This document shows, one piece after another, positions 36,810 to 50,200 of a DNA stretch of 64,000 nt. The position numbers and the translations under genes were made by a program. The number at the start of each line of letters is the position of its first letter. Position 1 is the first letter of the stretch. The notes under the pieces were generated by a model. It was not told the DNA's origin. It did not search any database and was given only the letters and a program-made list of their open reading frames with translations. Source of the stretch: Eubacteriales bacterium (GTDB lineage: Bacteria; Bacillota; Clostridia; Oscillospirales; CAG-272); the NCBI GenBank assembly GCA_045632925.1, contig JAZQXP010000066.1, positions 193,454-257,453 on the forward strand, read 5' to 3'.

Positions 36810-37658
36810 TTATTCGGCATCTGCCTTCGATCTGATCTTCTCGCAGAGAATATTGAAGAAAAAAGATGCAACCGCGCCGCAAATTATCGCTACGACATAG
36901 GAAATGATATTTCCGATCGAGGTTGCGAACGAGGGAAGGATCATGATCGTTGTTGCGATAACGAATCCCATTACACAATGTGATGCGACGGAATGGTACT
37001 TATCGAAGACGAGCTTCATAAGCTTTGAGAGAAGCAGGAGGGTGGCGAGCATAGCGCATCCGAGGGGGATGAGTACCGAAAAATCAAGATGCGAGATACC
37101 GTGCGACATCTGCTCGTAGATTCCGAAGAAAAGCAGAAGAGTGGAAGAGCTGAAGCCGGGGACGATGAAGCTCAGACCCCAAAGCAGACCGCAAATGAGC
37201 CAGCCGACGAGCCCGGGCTCGATCGTAAGCGTCCACACGTTCTTGAACACGTAGAAAACTGCGGTGATCGCAACAAAGCTGATAACAAGCGAGATGATCG
37301 ATGCCTTGCCTCTTCCCTTCTCACCCGCCTCGCGCCAAAGATCGGGGATAGTGCCCGCGATAAGTCCGACGAATACGCAAAGGACGACAGCCTCGTTAAT
37401 CGAGAGCAGCCATTCGGTGACTCCCGCGAAGCCGACGAATCCGAGAGCTCCGCCGAAGCCGACGAAGATCAGCATCTTCCAATGCTTTTTTATGCCCTTG
37501 AAGGGACTTGAGAGGACTTCGAGGAGCTGATCGTATATACCAAACGCATAGCAGAGTGTTCCTCCGCTGACGCCGGGCAGGATCGCGCCGATTCCGACGA
37601 TACAGCCCTGAATTATCCAGAGAATTGCTTTAAGTATAAAATTCTTTTTCATTTTCAA
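36810..37658 (-). CDS. DUF368-family membrane protein (polyprenyl-phosphate transporter family)
   Basis: 282 aa, multi-TM, with duplicated LPGVSGGT / VPGFSSST motifs. Confidence 0.75.
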   Translation of the reverse strand: MKMKKNFILKAILWIIQGCIVGIGAILPGVSGGTLCYAFGIYDQLLEVLSSPFKGIKKHWKMLIFVGFGGALGFVGFAGVTEWLLSINEAVVLCVFVGLIAGTIPDLWREAGEKGRGKASIISLVISFVAITAVFYVFKNVWTLTIEPGLVGWLICGLLWGLSFIVPGFSSSTLLLFFGIYEQMSHGISHLDFSVLIPLGCAMLATLLLLSKLMKLVFDKYHSVASHCVMGFVIATTIMILPSFATSIGNIISYVVAIICGAVASFFFNILCEKIRSKADAE

Positions 37659-37720
37659 AATTCCTTTTGGTGATGGTAATATTATACACCAAGATCACGC
37701 TGAATTCAACAATAAGTTGT

Positions 37721-37750
37721 AAACAAAACCGACCCCATTACAGGGTCGGT
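37721..37750 (-). terminator. terminator after the ribU-like gene
   Basis: On the minus strand: accgaccc...ggggtcggt stem followed by TTTTGTTT. Confidence 0.75.
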
Positions 37751-37758
37751 CAATTATT

Positions 37759-38445
37759 TCAGCTGAATTCAAAATGTCCGCCGAGTCCGAAGATCATATA
37801 GACTATCGAAGCCGAGATAAGCGCGATCGCGATCAACACAAATACAAGTGAGCGGACACTCCAGAAGGATTGCTTCTCTCCCGAAGCGTTTTCCTTTTTG
37901 GGTACAAGATTTACAGCTCGGAGAGCGGTAACAAGAGGTTTATATAGAGCGAGGACGAGGCCCGCGTTAAGTACAGATTTAGTGAGATTGAAGGGGAGCA
38001 GGAGCGTAGGAAGGAGCTCGACGACCTGCTTGAGCTCGACCTTCATATAGATCGGTGTGATGAGAAGATTACAGAGCATCATAACGGTGACGGTTGCAAT
38101 TACCGATGAAGCAAGAGCGAGTGCAACGCCCGAGATATTTCTTCTTTTTGAATAGATATATGCCGCCGCGACTGAGAAGGTAGCGGTGGATGCAAAGTCC
38201 ATAAGCCATCCCCAAAAGCCGGTATCGCCGACGGTTATCTGTTCGATCGTTGCAACAAGCAAGGAGATAACGGCACCCGCACCGGGCCCGAGGATCATAG
38301 CCGCAATGCAAACGATCGCGTCTTTTGCGTCAAAAGTAAGGAAGCTTACGTTAATCCTGAATACAAACGCAACGCAATATGCCATCGCGGCAAACATAGA
38401 GCATAAAACGAGCTTGCGGATGTATTGTCTGTAGTTTTTTGCCAT
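37759..38445 (-). CDS. ribU: ECF-transporter S component, probably riboflavin-specific
   Basis: ATG at 38445 with GGAGGA 7 nt upstream. The longer track ORF runs into the riboswitch. About 228 aa, multi-TM, directly behind an FMN riboswitch. Confidence 0.7.
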   Translation of the reverse strand: MAKNYRQYIRKLVLCSMFAAMAYCVAFVFRINVSFLTFDAKDAIVCIAAMILGPGAGAVISLLVATIEQITVGDTGFWGWLMDFASTATFSVAAAYIYSKRRNISGVALALASSVIATVTVMMLCNLLITPIYMKVELKQVVELLPTLLLPFNLTKSVLNAGLVLALYKPLVTALRAVNLVPKKENASGEKQSFWSVRSLVFVLIAIALISASIVYMIFGLGGHFEFS

Positions 38446-38496
38446 AAAAAAATCCTCCATTAGATAAATCAATGGAGAGAAGGTATCGCTATGTAT

Positions 38497-38614
38497 ATCT
38501 TCTCCCATCCAGACTTTACTGTCGGTCAGGGAATCTCACCCTGTCGGCATTATGCTCTGCGCATAATGTTCGCGGACTGTACCGCCGGTACGGAATTTCA
38601 CCGTCCCCAAAGAT
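38497..38614 (-). promoter_or_regulatory. FMN (RFN) riboswitch
   Basis: Minus strand: aucuuuggggacggugaaauuccguaccggcgguacaguccgcgaac...cagggugagauucccugaccgacaguaaagucuggaugggagaagau. Downstream, cuccauu...aauggag can pair with the SD region. Confidence 0.9.
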
Positions 38615-38635
38615 ATTATTATTTTATTCATTTGC

Positions 38636-38670
38636 AAAGATCGGATGCACCGGAGTGCATCCGATCTTTT
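38636..38670 (-). terminator. terminator after tuf
   Basis: gatcggatgcac-cgga-gtgcatccgatc 12-bp stem flanked by A/T tracts. Confidence 0.85.
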
Positions 38671-38700
38671 ATAAATCGAATTATTAAATTAGTTTAATAA

Positions 38701-39906
38701 TTACTCAATGATCTCGGATACGACACCGGATCCAACGGTTCTACCACCCTCACGGATAGCGAAACGGAGACCGAGCTCGCATGCGATAGGAGTGATGAGC
38801 TCAACGCCGAAGGTTACGTTGTCGCCGGGACGGCACATTTCAACGTCTGCGGGAAGCTCGATGGTACCGGTAACGTCGGTGGTTCTGAAGTAGAACTGAG
38901 GTCTGTAACCGGTTACGAAGGGCTTCTTACGGCCGCCTTCCTTCTCGGTAAGAACGTAAACCTGACCCTTGAACTTGGTGTGGGGCTTAACGGATCCGGG
39001 CTTGCAGAGAACCTGTCCACGCTCGATCTCGTCCTTAGCTACGCCACGGAGGAGGCAACCGATGTTGTCACCAGCTTCTGCCTGGGGAAGGAGCTTGTGG
39101 AACATCTCAACGCCGGTAACTACGCAGTTTCTCTTCTCCTCGGTGAGACCAACGATCTCAACGGTGTCGGAAACCTTAACAGTACCACGCTCTACACGAC
39201 CGGTAGCAACAGTACCACGGCCGGAGATGGAGAATACGTCCTCTACGGGCATAAGGAAGTCGAGGTCAGCCTTACGCTCGGGAGTGGGGATATAAGCGTC
39301 AACTTCGTTCATGAGCTCTGCGATGCAAGCATACTCAGGAGCGGAAGGATCGGTGTTAGCAGACTCGAGTGCTACACGTGCGGAACCGCGAACGATCGGA
39401 ATGTCATCGCCCGGGAACTCGTACTCGGAGAGGAGGTCACGGATCTCCATCTCAACGAGGTCGAGAAGCTCTTCGTCGTCAACGATATCGGTCTTGTTCA
39501 TGAATACGCAGATTGCGGGAACGCCAACCTGACGAGCAAGAAGAACGTGCTCGCGGGTCTGTGCGAGAGGTCCGTCAGTACCTGCAACAACGAGGATAGC
39601 GCCGTCCATCTGAGCTGCACCGGTGATCATGTTCTTAACATAGTCAGCGTGGCCGGGGCAGTCAACGTGTGCGTAGTGACGAGCGTCGGTCTCGTACTCA
39701 ACGTGACGGGTGTTAATTGTGATACCTCTTGCCTTCTCCTCAGGAGCGTTGTCGATCTGGTCGTATGCCAGGAACTCTACGCTACCCTGTGCGAGGGAGA
39801 GGTACTTGGTAATAGCTGCAGTAAGAGTGGTCTTACCATGGTCAACGTGACCGATGGTACCAATGTTTACGTGGGGCTTGCTTCTTTCAAATGTAGCCTT
39901 TGCCAT
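38701..39906 (-). CDS. tuf: elongation factor Tu
   Basis: 401 aa. [17 protein letters not shown] and NKTD motifs. Confidence 0.97.
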   Translation of the reverse strand: MAKATFERSKPHVNIGTIGHVDHGKTTLTAAITKYLSLAQGSVEFLAYDQIDNAPEEKARGITINTRHVEYETDARHYAHVDCPGHADYVKNMITGAAQMDGAILVVAGTDGPLAQTREHVLLARQVGVPAICVFMNKTDIVDDEELLDLVEMEIRDLLSEYEFPGDDIPIVRGSARVALESANTDPSAPEYACIAELMNEVDAYIPTPERKADLDFLMPVEDVFSISGRGTVATGRVERGTVKVSDTVEIVGLTEEKRNCVVTGVEMFHKLLPQAEAGDNIGCLLRGVAKDEIERGQVLCKPGSVKPHTKFKGQVYVLTEKEGGRKKPFVTGYRPQFYFRTTDVTGTIELPADVEMCRPGDNVTFGVELITPIACELGLRFAIREGGRTVGSGVVSEIIE

Positions 39907-39969
39907 TTTTGGAATCCTCCATTAAAAATTCTTTTTTATTTTTATTTTTTATTTAGTGCAAAGAAACGA

Positions 39970-42054
39970 TTAGTTCTGCTTTGCGCGGGCAGTTACGATG
40001 CCCTCCTGGATGCTCTTGGGAACCTGAGCAAAGTTGTGCGGCTCCATAGAGTAGAGTGCACGTCCCTGAGACTTGGAACGCAGGTCGGTTGCGTAGCCGA
40101 ACATTTCGGACAGCGGAACGTCTGCGATAATCTCTGTAGATCCCTTGCCGTCGTCATTCATAGACTGAATTGCGCCACGGCGGGAGTTGAAGTCACCGAT
40201 TACGTCGCCAAGATAATCATTGGGAGTAATGGTGGTTACCTTCATAATCGGCTCGGTAAGAACGGGGTCAGCCTTTCTCATAGCCTCCTTGAACGCCATA
40301 GATCCGCAGATCTTGAACGCCATTTCGGAGGAGTCAACCTCGTGATAAGAGCCGTCGTAAAGTGTTACCTTAACGTCAACTACGTTGTAGCCTGCAAGGA
40401 CACCGCACTGCATTGCGCCCTGGATACCCTGGTTAACAGGCTCGATGAATTCCTTCGGAACTGCACCGCCGGTAACGGAGTTAACAAATGTGTAACCTGC
40501 GCCGGGCTCATTGGGCTCAACGATGATCTTAACGTGAGCATACTGACCCGAACCGCCGGACTGCTTCTTATACTTGCACTCATGGTCAACAGTCTTACGG
40601 ATCGTCTCCTTGTATGCGACCTGAGGCTTACCGATGTTAGCCTCTACCTTGAACTCACGAAGAAGTCTGTCAACGATAATTTCAAGGTGAAGCTCACCCA
40701 TACCTGCGATGATGGTCTGACCGGTCTCATCGTCGGTGTAGGTTCTGAATGTGGGGTCTTCCTCTGCGAGCTTAGCAAGAGCAATGCCCATCTTCTCAAG
40801 ACCTGCACGGGTCTTGGGCTCGATAGCAACTCTGATAACGGGCTCGGGGAATTCCATGGATTCGAGAATGATGGGATGCTTGTCGTCGCAGAGCGAATCA
40901 CCGGTACCGGTGTTCTTTACGGAAACAACTGCTGCGATATCGCCGGCGTAAACAACGTCGATATCCTTACGGTTGTTAGCATGCATCTGAACGATACGAC
41001 CCATTCTCTCTCTCTTGCCCTTGGAAGCGTTCCAAACCGTGTCGCCTGCGTGGATGCAGCCCGAGTAAACGCGGAAGAAGCAAAGCTTACCAACGAAGGG
41101 GTCGGTAGCGATCTTGAACGCGAGTGCTGCGAAGGGCTCTTCGTCGCTGGAAGGACGGGAGTCATCCTCGCCGGTCTCGGGGTTGACACCGGTGATGTCG
41201 GGAACGTCGGTAGGTGCGGGCATATAGTCAACGATCGCGTCGAGGAGCTTCTGAACGCCCTTGTTTCTGAAGGAGGTGCCGCAAACTACGGGAACCATAA
41301 GATTCTCAATGGTTGCCTTTCTGATTGCGACCTTGATCTCTTCATTGGTGATATCCTCACCCTCAAGGTACTTCATCATGAGCTCTTCGTCAGCCTCTGC
41401 TGCAGACTCGATCATCTTCTCACGGTATTCTTCAGCCATTTCCTGCATATCTGCGGGAATAGGCTCAATTCTCATGTCCTTACCGAGGTCATCATAGTAT
41501 ACGGTAGCCTCCATGGTCATGAGGTCGATGATACCACGGAAACTGTCTTCCTTGCCAATCGGGAGCTGAATCGGAACAGGGTTTGCGCCCAGTCTATCCT
41601 TCATCATGCCCACAACGCGGTAGAAGTCCGCACCGGTGATATCCATCTTATTAACGTACGCAAGACGCGGTACGCTGTATTTTGTAGCCTGTCTCCAAAC
41701 GGTTTCAGACTGGGGCTCAACGCCTCCCTTAGCGCAGAAGACCGCTACTGCACCGTCAAGTACTCTGAGCGAACGCTCAACCTCAACGGTAAAGTCAACG
41801 TGGCCGGGAGTGTCGATGATATTAATACGGGTATTCTTCCAATGGCAGGTGGTTGCGGCAGAAGTGATAGTAATACCTCTCTCCTTCTCCTGAGCCATCC
41901 AGTCCATGGTGGAATCGCCGTCGTGTGTTTCACCCAGCTTGTGGTTAACACCCGTATAGAACAGTATTCTTTCGCTTGTAGTCGTCTTACCGGCGTCGAT
42001 GTGAGCCATGATACCGATGTTACGAGTACACTCGAGCGAATATTCTCTTGACAT
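39970..42054 (-). CDS. fusA: elongation factor G
   Basis: 694 aa. [17 protein letters not shown] and NKMD motifs. Confidence 0.97.
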   Translation of the reverse strand: MSREYSLECTRNIGIMAHIDAGKTTTSERILFYTGVNHKLGETHDGDSTMDWMAQEKERGITITSAATTCHWKNTRINIIDTPGHVDFTVEVERSLRVLDGAVAVFCAKGGVEPQSETVWRQATKYSVPRLAYVNKMDITGADFYRVVGMMKDRLGANPVPIQLPIGKEDSFRGIIDLMTMEATVYYDDLGKDMRIEPIPADMQEMAEEYREKMIESAAEADEELMMKYLEGEDITNEEIKVAIRKATIENLMVPVVCGTSFRNKGVQKLLDAIVDYMPAPTDVPDITGVNPETGEDDSRPSSDEEPFAALAFKIATDPFVGKLCFFRVYSGCIHAGDTVWNASKGKRERMGRIVQMHANNRKDIDVVYAGDIAAVVSVKNTGTGDSLCDDKHPIILESMEFPEPVIRVAIEPKTRAGLEKMGIALAKLAEEDPTFRTYTDDETGQTIIAGMGELHLEIIVDRLLREFKVEANIGKPQVAYKETIRKTVDHECKYKKQSGGSGQYAHVKIIVEPNEPGAGYTFVNSVTGGAVPKEFIEPVNQGIQGAMQCGVLAGYNVVDVKVTLYDGSYHEVDSSEMAFKICGSMAFKEAMRKADPVLTEPIMKVTTITPNDYLGDVIGDFNSRRGAIQSMNDDGKGSTEIIADVPLSEMFGYATDLRSKSQGRALYSMEPHNFAQVPKSIQEGIVTARAKQN

Positions 42055-42118
42055 AGATAGTCTCCTTAATTGTTCGATTTCTTATAAATTGTTGATATAA
42101 TCAAATTTTTCAGATAAA

Positions 42119-42589
42119 TTAATATCTGTAGTGAGCAAACGCCTTGTTTGCTTCAGCCATACGGTGAGTCTCTTCCTTCTTCTTGAACGCTCCGCCGGCA
42201 TTGTTGATTGCATCGAGGATCTCTGCTGCAAGTCTTTCTGCCATTGTACGTTCGCCGCGCTTTCTGGCATAACCTACCATCCAGCGGAGACCCAGGGTCT
42301 GACGTCTGTCTGCTCTAACCTCAAGCGGAACCTGATAGGTAGAACCGCCTACACGGCGAGCCTTAACCTCAAGAACCGGCATTACGTTTTCAAGAGCTTC
42401 GACAAATACTTCAAGGGCATTCTTTCCGGACTTCGCTTCTACGATCTCGAATGCATCGTAAACGATAGTCTGTGCAACACCCTTCTTGCCGTCGAGCATT
42501 ACGTTGTTAACAAGCTTTGTTACGAGCTTGGACTTGTAAATAGGATCCGGCAATACGTCTCTCTTGGATATACGACCTCTTCTCGGCAC
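42119..42589 (-). CDS. rpsG: 30S ribosomal protein S7
   Basis: GTG start at 42589 with GGAGGG 7 nt upstream. Begins (V)[22 protein letters not shown]. The track ORF starts 6 codons earlier. Confidence 0.95.
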   Translation of the reverse strand: MPRRGRISKRDVLPDPIYKSKLVTKLVNNVMLDGKKGVAQTIVYDAFEIVEAKSGKNALEVFVEALENVMPVLEVKARRVGGSTYQVPLEVRADRRQTLGLRWMVGYARKRGERTMAERLAAEILDAINNAGGAFKKKEETHRMAEANKAFAHYRY

Positions 42590-42725
42590 TGTACTTCCCT
42601 CCTTCATTAATTTTGAATGAAATCATAGGTACTCAAAAGCATATTCTCCTGTTAGCGCTCTTCTGTCCGCAGTATATAAACAAACGGAAATGAGTAGCTA
42701 AAAACATGCTGATACCTTCACCGAA

Positions 42726-43148
42726 TTATTTCTTTGCTTCCTTCGGTGTCTTTGTTCCGTACTTGGAACGGGCCTGTCTGCGTGCTGCAACACCCTGTGT
42801 ATCGAGTGTGCCGCGGATAATGTGATAACGTACACCGGGCAGGTCTCTTACTCTACCGCCTCTGATGAGAACGACGGAGTGCTCCTGCAGGTTGTGTCCT
42901 TCACCGGGAATGTAGGTGGTTGCCTCAAGACCGTTGGAAAGACGAACTCTTGCGATCTTACGGAGCGCGGAGTTAGGCTTCTTGGGGGTTGTGGTGGTTA
43001 CCTTGGTGCAAACGCCTCTCTTCTGGGGCGAGGGGAGATCGGTGCTCTCGTTCTTGATGGTGTTGAAGCCCTTCTGAAGCACTGCTGCTTTGGACTTGTA
43101 CACCTTGTCTGTACGACCCTGTCTGACAAGCTGGTTAAAGGTTGGCAT
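42726..43148 (-). CDS. rpsL: 30S ribosomal protein S12
   Basis: 140 aa. [12 protein letters not shown]...[10 protein letters not shown]. Confidence 0.97.
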   Translation of the reverse strand: MPTFNQLVRQGRTDKVYKSKAAVLQKGFNTIKNESTDLPSPQKRGVCTKVTTTTPKKPNSALRKIARVRLSNGLEATTYIPGEGHNLQEHSVVLIRGGRVRDLPGVRYHIIRGTLDTQGVAARRQARSKYGTKTPKEAKK

Positions 43149-43294
43149 CCTTCTGCTAATCCTCCTTTCTTCCGAATTTGTTTATATACAGATGCGAACG
43201 GAAGGCTCGCAAAACTGTCAAAAATCGAGCTTTTTGAGTGTTTTTTCTTCAAAAAACTCAGCCGAAGCCACAAAACCTCAGCATAATTCGCATT

Positions 43295-43323
43295 ATTATA
43301 GCATTTTTTCGATCGATTGTCAA
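43295..43323 (-). promoter_or_regulatory. promoter of rpsL-rpsG-fusA-tuf
   Basis: On the minus strand: TTGACA, 17 nt spacer, TATAAT with TGc extended -10. A leader of about 140 nt follows. Confidence 0.65.
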
Positions 43324-43410
43324 TACCCTTTAAAAAATGCATAAATTTTCTGTCTTTTGCACAATAACGCGCTTTTTGATAAGTATTTTTACCGTCAAAA
43401 TGCACAAATC

Positions 43411-43456
43411 CAAAAAGACATTCAGCCTACTTCCGAAAAATGTTTCGGAAGTAGGC
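43411..43456 (-). terminator. terminator after rpoC
   Basis: 14-bp stem gcctacttccgaaa/tttcggaagtaggc, then a T-tract on the minus strand. Confidence 0.85.
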
Positions 43457-43491
43457 GTAAAATGTTAATTAATTGTTATATCGTGTAAGAT

Positions 43492-46400
43492 TTACTCAGC
43501 AACCGATTCGGAAGCGATCTCCTCGGAGGACGAATCTTCATCGTTTACGTCAAGGGACGTTACGCTGTCGCAGCCGTCGGGAGAAGTGGGGGCGGTATCC
43601 TCAGCAGAAAGTACGTCCACATTGTTGTAGCATGCCATACCTGTACCAGCGGGGATCAGCTTACCGATGATAACGTTCTCCTTAAGTCCGAGCAGATTAT
43701 CGACCTTGCCCTTGATAGCAGCCTCGGTAAGAACCTTTGTGGTCTCCTGGAAGGAAGCTGCGGAGAGGAAGGAATCTGTCTGGAGAGCCGCCTTGGAGAT
43801 ACCGAGGAGCACGGGAGAGCAGGTAGCCTCACGAAGCTCGGTCTCACCCGAAGCAATGCGCTCACGGATCTTCTCGTTCTCATCATCAAACTCGTTGACC
43901 GAAACAAGAGTTCCGACAAGCATATCTGTGTCGCCGATATCCTCAACACGAAGCTTACGAGTCATCTGACGTGCGATAACCTCGATGTGCTTATCGTTGA
44001 TGTTAACCGACTGAGAACGGTAAACCTTCTGAGTCTCGCTGATGATATAATCGTATACAGCGTCCGGTCCGAGATATTCCATAATATCCATGGGAGCTTT
44101 GGAGCCCTCAGTAAGAGCATCACCGCGCTTGACCTCAGCACCGTCTGCGATCGCAATACGTCTGCCGTAGGGGATCTGATAGGTTTCGGTCTCGCCGGTC
44201 TCGGAGTTGAATACTACAACATCCTGGATATTGGGGTTCTCGTCGGGCTGGATATGAGCAATACCGTCGAGCGCGCTGAGGATAGCGGGCTTCTTAGGTG
44301 TTCTTGCCTCAAAGAGCTCTTCGACTCTGGGAAGACCCTGAGTAATATCGGCACCTGCAACACCGCCCGAGTGGAAGGTACGCATGGTAAGCTGAGTACC
44401 GGGCTCACCGATCGACTGAGCTGCGATGATACCTACAGCCTCACCGACGTTAACCTTCTTTCCGCTTGCAAGGTCTGCACCGTAGCAATGTGCGCAGATA
44501 CCGTGACGTGCGCGGCAATGGATAACTGTTCTGATACGAACCTCGGTGATGCCTGCGGCGATGATCTTCTTGACCATTGCCTCGTCGAGCATTGTATCGT
44601 CGGGAACGAGGATCTCGCCCGTTTCGGGGTTGATAACGTCGCCCATAGTGTATCTGCCGATGAGTCTGTCCTCAAGAGGCTCGATGGGCTTGGTTGCATC
44701 ACCCTCGGTGATAGCTCTGATAATTGCGCCGTGCTGTGTTCCGCACTTCTCTTCGCGTACGATAACGTCCTGAGAAACGTCAACAAGACGACGGGTAAGG
44801 TAACCCGAGTCTGCGGTACGGAGCGCGGTATCCGAAAGCGACTTACGGGAGGAACGTGCACCCATAAAGTACTCGAAGATCTTCATACCCTCGCGGAAGT
44901 TCGACTTGATCGGGATCTCCATAGTCTTACCGTTGGTAGCGAACATGGGTCCACGCATACCTGCGAGCTGACGCATCTGAGTGATCGAACCACGGGCTCC
45001 GGAGTCGGACATGATCTTGATCGGGTTGTAAGTCGAGAAGCCTGCCTGAAGTGCGCCGGTAACGTCGTTGGTGGTACGGTTCCATACAGCGACGACCTTC
45101 TCGTATCTTTCCTGCTCGGAAAGGAGACCCTTCTGGAAGTACTTGCCGAGAGTCTCGACTTCCTTCTCCGCGTCGCTTACGAGCTGCTTCTTTTCCTTCG
45201 GGATAGTCATATCGTATACCGAGATCGAGAAGGATGCTCTTGTGGAGTACTGATAACCCATCTCCTTGATCGCGTCGAGCATTTCTGCGGTCTCCGCGGA
45301 GCTGTGTCTCTTGATGCAAGCGTTGATGATCTGACCGAGTTCCTTCTTGGTGATGATGGAAGCGATCTCGAGATCAAGCTTCTTTTCGGGGTCGTTTCTG
45401 TCAACGAAGCCAAGATCCTGAGGGATACGCTTGTTGAAGATAAGACGTCCAAGGGTTACTGCATCCGAACCGCGGTTTACGCCGCGCTCGCCGTTTTCAC
45501 CCTTCTTGATACCGATGATACCCTCTTCAACAGCGCCGGAAGAGGTCTTGCGGCTGACTCTGAGGGCGATAGGAGCGTGAAGCCCGAGCTGACCGTTGAG
45601 GTAAGCCATATTCGCCTCGTCAAAGTTACGGTAAAGTCCTCCTGCTCCGGGCTCATCGTCACGAACGATCGAGAGATAATAGGAGCCGAGGATCATATCC
45701 TGAGTAGGAACTGTGACCGCACGTCCGTCAACGGGCTTGAGGAGGTTGTTAGCCGAGAGCATAAGGAATCTCGACTCAGCCTGAGCCTCTGCGGAAAGCG
45801 GTACGTGTACAGGCATCTGGTCGCCGTCGAAGTCGGCGTTGAACGCGGTACATACGAGAGGATGGAGCTTGATCGCTCTTCCTTCAACAAGCACGGGCTC
45901 GAATGCCTGGATAGAAAGTCTGTGAAGTGTAGGCGCACGGTTGAGGAGAACGGGATGTTCCTTGATTACATTCTCGAGTGCATCCCAGACCTCGTCGTTG
46001 CTTACCTGTGCGCGGTCGATCTTCTTCTGTGCTTCCTTTACGTTGGTAGCCTTGCCCATTTCGACAAGTCTCTTGATAACGAAGGGCTTGAAGAGCTCGA
46101 GAGCCATTTCCTTGGGAAGACCGCACTGATAGATCTTCAGCTGAGGACCTACGACGATAACCGAACGTCCCGAGTAGTCAACACGCTTACCGAGAAGGTT
46201 CTGACGGAAGCGTCCCTGCTTACCGCGGAGCATCTCGGAGAGCGACTTGAGAGGACGGTTGGAAGGACCGGTTACGGGCTTTCCGCGGCGTCCGTTATCG
46301 ATAAGAGCGTCGACCGCTTCCTGAAGCATACGCTTCTCGTTGCGGATAACGATCTCGGGAGTCGAGATCTCGATCAGCTTCTTAAGACGGTTATTTCTGC

Positions 46401-47190
46401 TGATAACGCGGCGATAGAGCTCATTAAGGTCGGAGGAAGCAAAGCGTCCGCCGTCAGGCTGAACCATCGCTCTGATATCGGGAGGAAGAACGGGAAGAAC
46501 GTCAAGAACCATCCATTCGAGCTTATTGCCCGAGCGGCGGAAGGACTCGATAACCTCAAGTCTCTTGATGAGTCTGGCCTTCTTCTGGCTTGTTGTGATA
46601 GCGAGATCCTCGCGGAGCTGAGCTGCGAGAGCATCGATATCGATGCCCGCAAGAAGCTCCTTGATAGCCTCCGCGCCCATTCCGACGCGGAATTCATTCT
46701 CGTACATCTCGCGGTACTCGATATACTGCTTCTCGGTCAGGACCATACCCTTCTCAAGAGGGGTATTTCCCGGATCGAGGACTACGTTCTCTGCAAAGTA
46801 GAGAACCTGCTCGAGCTGCTTGGAGGAGATATCGAGAACGAGAGCCATTCTCGAGGGCGACGCCTTGAAGTACCAAATATGGGAAACGGGGCATGCAAGC
46901 TCGATGTGTCCCATTCTCTCACGGCGTACTCTCTTTGTGGTAACCTCAACGCCGCACTTATCACAGATGATCTTTTCGCGGACGTTGTGGGAATTCTTGT
47001 ATTTACCGCACATACATGCTCCGTCCTTGGTAGGGCCAAAGATCTTTTCACAGAAAAGACCTCCAACTTCAGCCTTGAGTGTACGGTAGTTGATAGTCTC
47101 CGGCTTGGTAACCTCGCCGTAGGACCATTCTCTGATCATATCCGGAGACGCCAGACCTATTTTAATAGAGGCAAATTCATTATTATCCAT
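43492..47190 (-). CDS. rpoC: RNA polymerase beta-prime subunit
   Basis: 1232 aa. NADFDGDQM catalytic motif and an N-terminal zinc-binding Cys cluster. Confidence 0.97.
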   Translation of the reverse strand: MDNNEFASIKIGLASPDMIREWSYGEVTKPETINYRTLKAEVGGLFCEKIFGPTKDGACMCGKYKNSHNVREKIICDKCGVEVTTKRVRRERMGHIELACPVSHIWYFKASPSRMALVLDISSKQLEQVLYFAENVVLDPGNTPLEKGMVLTEKQYIEYREMYENEFRVGMGAEAIKELLAGIDIDALAAQLREDLAITTSQKKARLIKRLEVIESFRRSGNKLEWMVLDVLPVLPPDIRAMVQPDGGRFASSDLNELYRRVISRNNRLKKLIEISTPEIVIRNEKRMLQEAVDALIDNGRRGKPVTGPSNRPLKSLSEMLRGKQGRFRQNLLGKRVDYSGRSVIVVGPQLKIYQCGLPKEMALELFKPFVIKRLVEMGKATNVKEAQKKIDRAQVSNDEVWDALENVIKEHPVLLNRAPTLHRLSIQAFEPVLVEGRAIKLHPLVCTAFNADFDGDQMPVHVPLSAEAQAESRFLMLSANNLLKPVDGRAVTVPTQDMILGSYYLSIVRDDEPGAGGLYRNFDEANMAYLNGQLGLHAPIALRVSRKTSSGAVEEGIIGIKKGENGERGVNRGSDAVTLGRLIFNKRIPQDLGFVDRNDPEKKLDLEIASIITKKELGQIINACIKRHSSAETAEMLDAIKEMGYQYSTRASFSISVYDMTIPKEKKQLVSDAEKEVETLGKYFQKGLLSEQERYEKVVAVWNRTTNDVTGALQAGFSTYNPIKIMSDSGARGSITQMRQLAGMRGPMFATNGKTMEIPIKSNFREGMKIFEYFMGARSSRKSLSDTALRTADSGYLTRRLVDVSQDVIVREEKCGTQHGAIIRAITEGDATKPIEPLEDRLIGRYTMGDVINPETGEILVPDDTMLDEAMVKKIIAAGITEVRIRTVIHCRARHGICAHCYGADLASGKKVNVGEAVGIIAAQSIGEPGTQLTMRTFHSGGVAGADITQGLPRVEELFEARTPKKPAILSALDGIAHIQPDENPNIQDVVVFNSETGETETYQIPYGRRIAIADGAEVKRGDALTEGSKAPMDIMEYLGPDAVYDYIISETQKVYRSQSVNINDKHIEVIARQMTRKLRVEDIGDTDMLVGTLVSVNEFDDENEKIRERIASGETELREATCSPVLLGISKAALQTDSFLSAASFQETTKVLTEAAIKGKVDNLLGLKENVIIGKLIPAGTGMACYNNVDVLSAEDTAPTSPDGCDSVTSLDVNDEDSSSEEIASESVAE

Positions 47191-47208
47191 AACTTATTCT
47201 CCTTTAAA

Positions 47209-50200
47209 TCAGTTATCGTATCCGTCTTCAGACTCATAATCGTCCTCAGACTCGTATTCGTATTCCTCAGCGTACTCGTCGTCGCCTTCATCCTCTTCAT
47301 CCTCGCCGAGGTCGAACTCGCCGTCCTCATCTGCGAAGAGGAATCCTCCGCGACCGTACTCGTCCTCGCTGCCGGTCTGTCCGACTGCATCGTCGATTGC
47401 GTCGCTGTCGCGGCGGCTGAGATACTGAGGCTGCTCCTCTTCAACAACGGAAGAGAGCTTGATCTCCTCGCCCTCTTCATTCAGGACGCGGATGTCAAGA
47501 CAGAGCGACTGAAGCTCCTTGACAAGGACCTTGAATGCCTCGGGAACGCCGGGAGTGGGGATATTCTGACCCTGAATGATCGCCTCGTATGCCTTGCGGC
47601 GTCCGTTGACGTCGTCCGACTTGACGGTCAGGATCTCCTGAAGTGTATAAGCTGCACCGTATGCCTCGAGTGCCCAAACCTCCATCTCTCCGAAACGCTG
47701 GCCACCGAACTGTGCCTTACCGCCGAGAGGCTGCTGTGTAACGAGAGAGTACGGACCGTTGGAACGGGCGTGGATCTTATCGTCAACAAGGTGATGGAGC
47801 TTGAGGTAGTACATGATACCTACGGTTACGGGGTTATCAAAGGGTTCGCCGGTACGTCCGTCGTAAAGAACGGTCTTACCGTCGATTACCTGACGTCTGG
47901 TTTCACCGGTCACGGGATCGGTGATCTCGCGGGTCTCCTTACCGTCTACGTTCTCGCCGGGGAATACCTCACGCCACATATTCGCCATCTTCATACATTC
48001 GAGAATGTCCTTCTCGTTTGCACCGTCGAATACGGGGGTCATGATCTTCCAGCCAAGCTTACGAGCGGCGATTCCGAGGTGTACCTCAAGAACCTGACCG
48101 ATGTTCATTCGGGAAGGAACGCCCAGGGGGTTAAGAACGATATCGAGAGGAGTTCCGTCGGGAAGGAAGGGCATATCCTCGGGAGGAAGGATGCGCGAAA
48201 CGACACCCTTGTTACCGTGACGACCTGCCATCTTGTCACCTACGGAGATCTTTCTCTTCTGTGCGATATAAACGTGAACGACCTTGTTTACGCCTGTGGG
48301 AAGCTCGTCTCCCTGCTCGTGAGAGAATACGCGTACGTCAACGACGATACCCGATTCACCGTGGGGCAGTCTGAGAGAGGTATCTCTGGTCTCGCGGGTC
48401 TTCTCACCGAAGATCGCGCGGAGGAGTCTTTCCTCTGCGGTAAGGTCGGTCTCACCCTTAGGTGTGATCTTACCTACAAGGATATCGCCGGCATGAACCT
48501 CGGTACCCTTCTTTACAACGCCGTATGCATCGAGGTTGCGGAGAGCATCCTCGCCGACGTTCTGGATCTCACGGGTGATCTCCTCGCTACCGAGCTTGGT
48601 ATCTCTTGCCTCGTGAGTATATACCTCGATATGAAGCGAAGTGTAAACGTCATTTCTTACAAGGTTTTCATTGAGAAGGACCGCGTCCTCGTAGTTATAA
48701 CCTTCCCAGGTCATAAATCCGATAAGAGCATTCTTACCGAGAGCGATCTCGCCCTTCGAGGTTGCGGGACCGTCTGCGATGACCTGTCCCTTCTCTACTC
48801 TCTCGCCGTGTACAACGAGAGGTCTCTGGTTACAGCAAGTACCCTGGTTGGTACGCTTGAACTTGATAAGATCGTAGCTATCCTTGCGTCCGTCATCGGT
48901 GCGGATAACGATCTTTGCGGTCTCAACGTGCTCAACGACGCCCGCGTTCTTAGCAAGAACAACGACGCCCGAGTCACGAGCTACCTTATATTCCATACCG
49001 GTACCGACAATGGGTGAATCGGTTACCATAAGCGGAACTGCCTGCTTCTGCATGTTCGATCCCATAAGAGCACGGGAGTTATCGTCGTTCTCAAGGAAGG
49101 GGATCATTGCGGTAGCTGCAGATACTACCATCTTAGGCGAAACGTCCATAAAGTCGATCTCGTCGACCGAAACCTCGCGGAACTCGTTCTTATCGCGAGC
49201 GGTAACGGTATTATTAATGAAGCAACCGTTCTCGTCGAGAGGCTCGTTAGCCTGTGCGATGATGTAATTATCCTCAACGTCCGCGGTCATATAAACGACC
49301 TCGTCGGTTACGCGGCGGGTTGCGCGGTCTACCCTGCGGTAGGGAGCCTCGATGAAGCCGTAGTCGCTGATGCGCGCGTAGGTTGCGAGATAAGAGATAA
49401 GACCGATGTTGGGACCTTCGGGAGTCTCGATGGGACACATTCTACCGTAGTGGGTGTAGTGTACGTCACGGACGTCGAAGGATGCGCGGTCACGGGAAAG
49501 ACCGCCGGGACCGAGCGCCGAAAGACGACGCTTATGAGTCAGTTCGGAGAGGGGGTTAGCCTGATCCATGAACTGAGAGAGCTGGGAAGAGCCGAAGAAC
49601 TCGCGGATAACGGTTGCAACGGGTCTGATGTTGATAAGAGCCTGAGGAGTCAGCTTCTCGTTATCCTGAGTGGTCATACGCTCGCGGATGATCTTCTCCA
49701 TACGGGAGAAGCCGATTCTGATCTGGTTCTGGAGCTGCTCGCCTACGGAACGGATACGACGGTTGCCGAGATGGTCGATATCGTCGGTGGTTCCAACATC
49801 GTGAGCGAGATTAAGCAGATAGTTGATGGTTGCGAAGATGTCCTCGCGTGTGATGTGCTTGGGGCAGAGCTCGTTGATTCTCGCACGGCATGCAGCCTTG
49901 ATAGCGTCGAGATCGCCGCCGCACTCTTCCATAATGGAAAGGAGAACGGGAGTCGAAACCTTTTCGCGCACGCCGCAATCGAGGAGCTTGTCACCGATGA
50001 TCTTCTCGGGCCAGCAGGTGTGGTTCGAGAACACCTTGATGACCTCGCCGTTATCGAGCGCGATCTCGACCTCGTTTACAGCCGCGTATTCGATCTCGAG
50101 AGCTTCCTCGGGAGTGATAACGTGGCCTTCCTCGAAGAGGAGCTCTCCGCTGATGGTACTTACTACGGGAGCAGCAAGACGGCGGTTTGCGATTCTCTCG

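Noticed and set aside
43149-43491. A 342-nt gap between rpoC and rpsL, where many Firmicutes carry a small L7Ae-like gene. Track ORFs 42998-43405 and 43090-43344 lie here.
   Set aside because: Neither ORF has an SD or a protein-like sequence. The gap is fully explained by the rpoC terminator, the rpsL promoter and a ~140-nt leader.
47209-47478. An ~89-aa Asp/Glu/Tyr-rich C-terminal tail on RpoB (…[40 protein letters not shown]).
   Set aside because: As far as I recall, Firmicutes RpoB proteins, including that of Bacillus subtilis, commonly end in an acidic tail. This one is longer and Tyr-rich but is probably a lineage variant rather than a novelty.
43987-49017. A 1676-aa ORF antisense to rpoC and rpoB. 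Similar long antisense ORFs occur at 38980-42051 (1023 aa, opposite tuf/fusA), 49450-51078, 3091-4635, 18599-20167, 35314-36672, 30309-31457 and 12811-13785.
   Set aside because: Each lies exactly opposite a strongly conserved, motif-verified gene and has no SD or promoter. Their translations are low-complexity (Leu/Val/Asp/Gly/Ser-rich) and resemble no protein family I know. Strong codon bias in highly expressed genes removes stop codons from one antisense frame. These are shadow ORFs.
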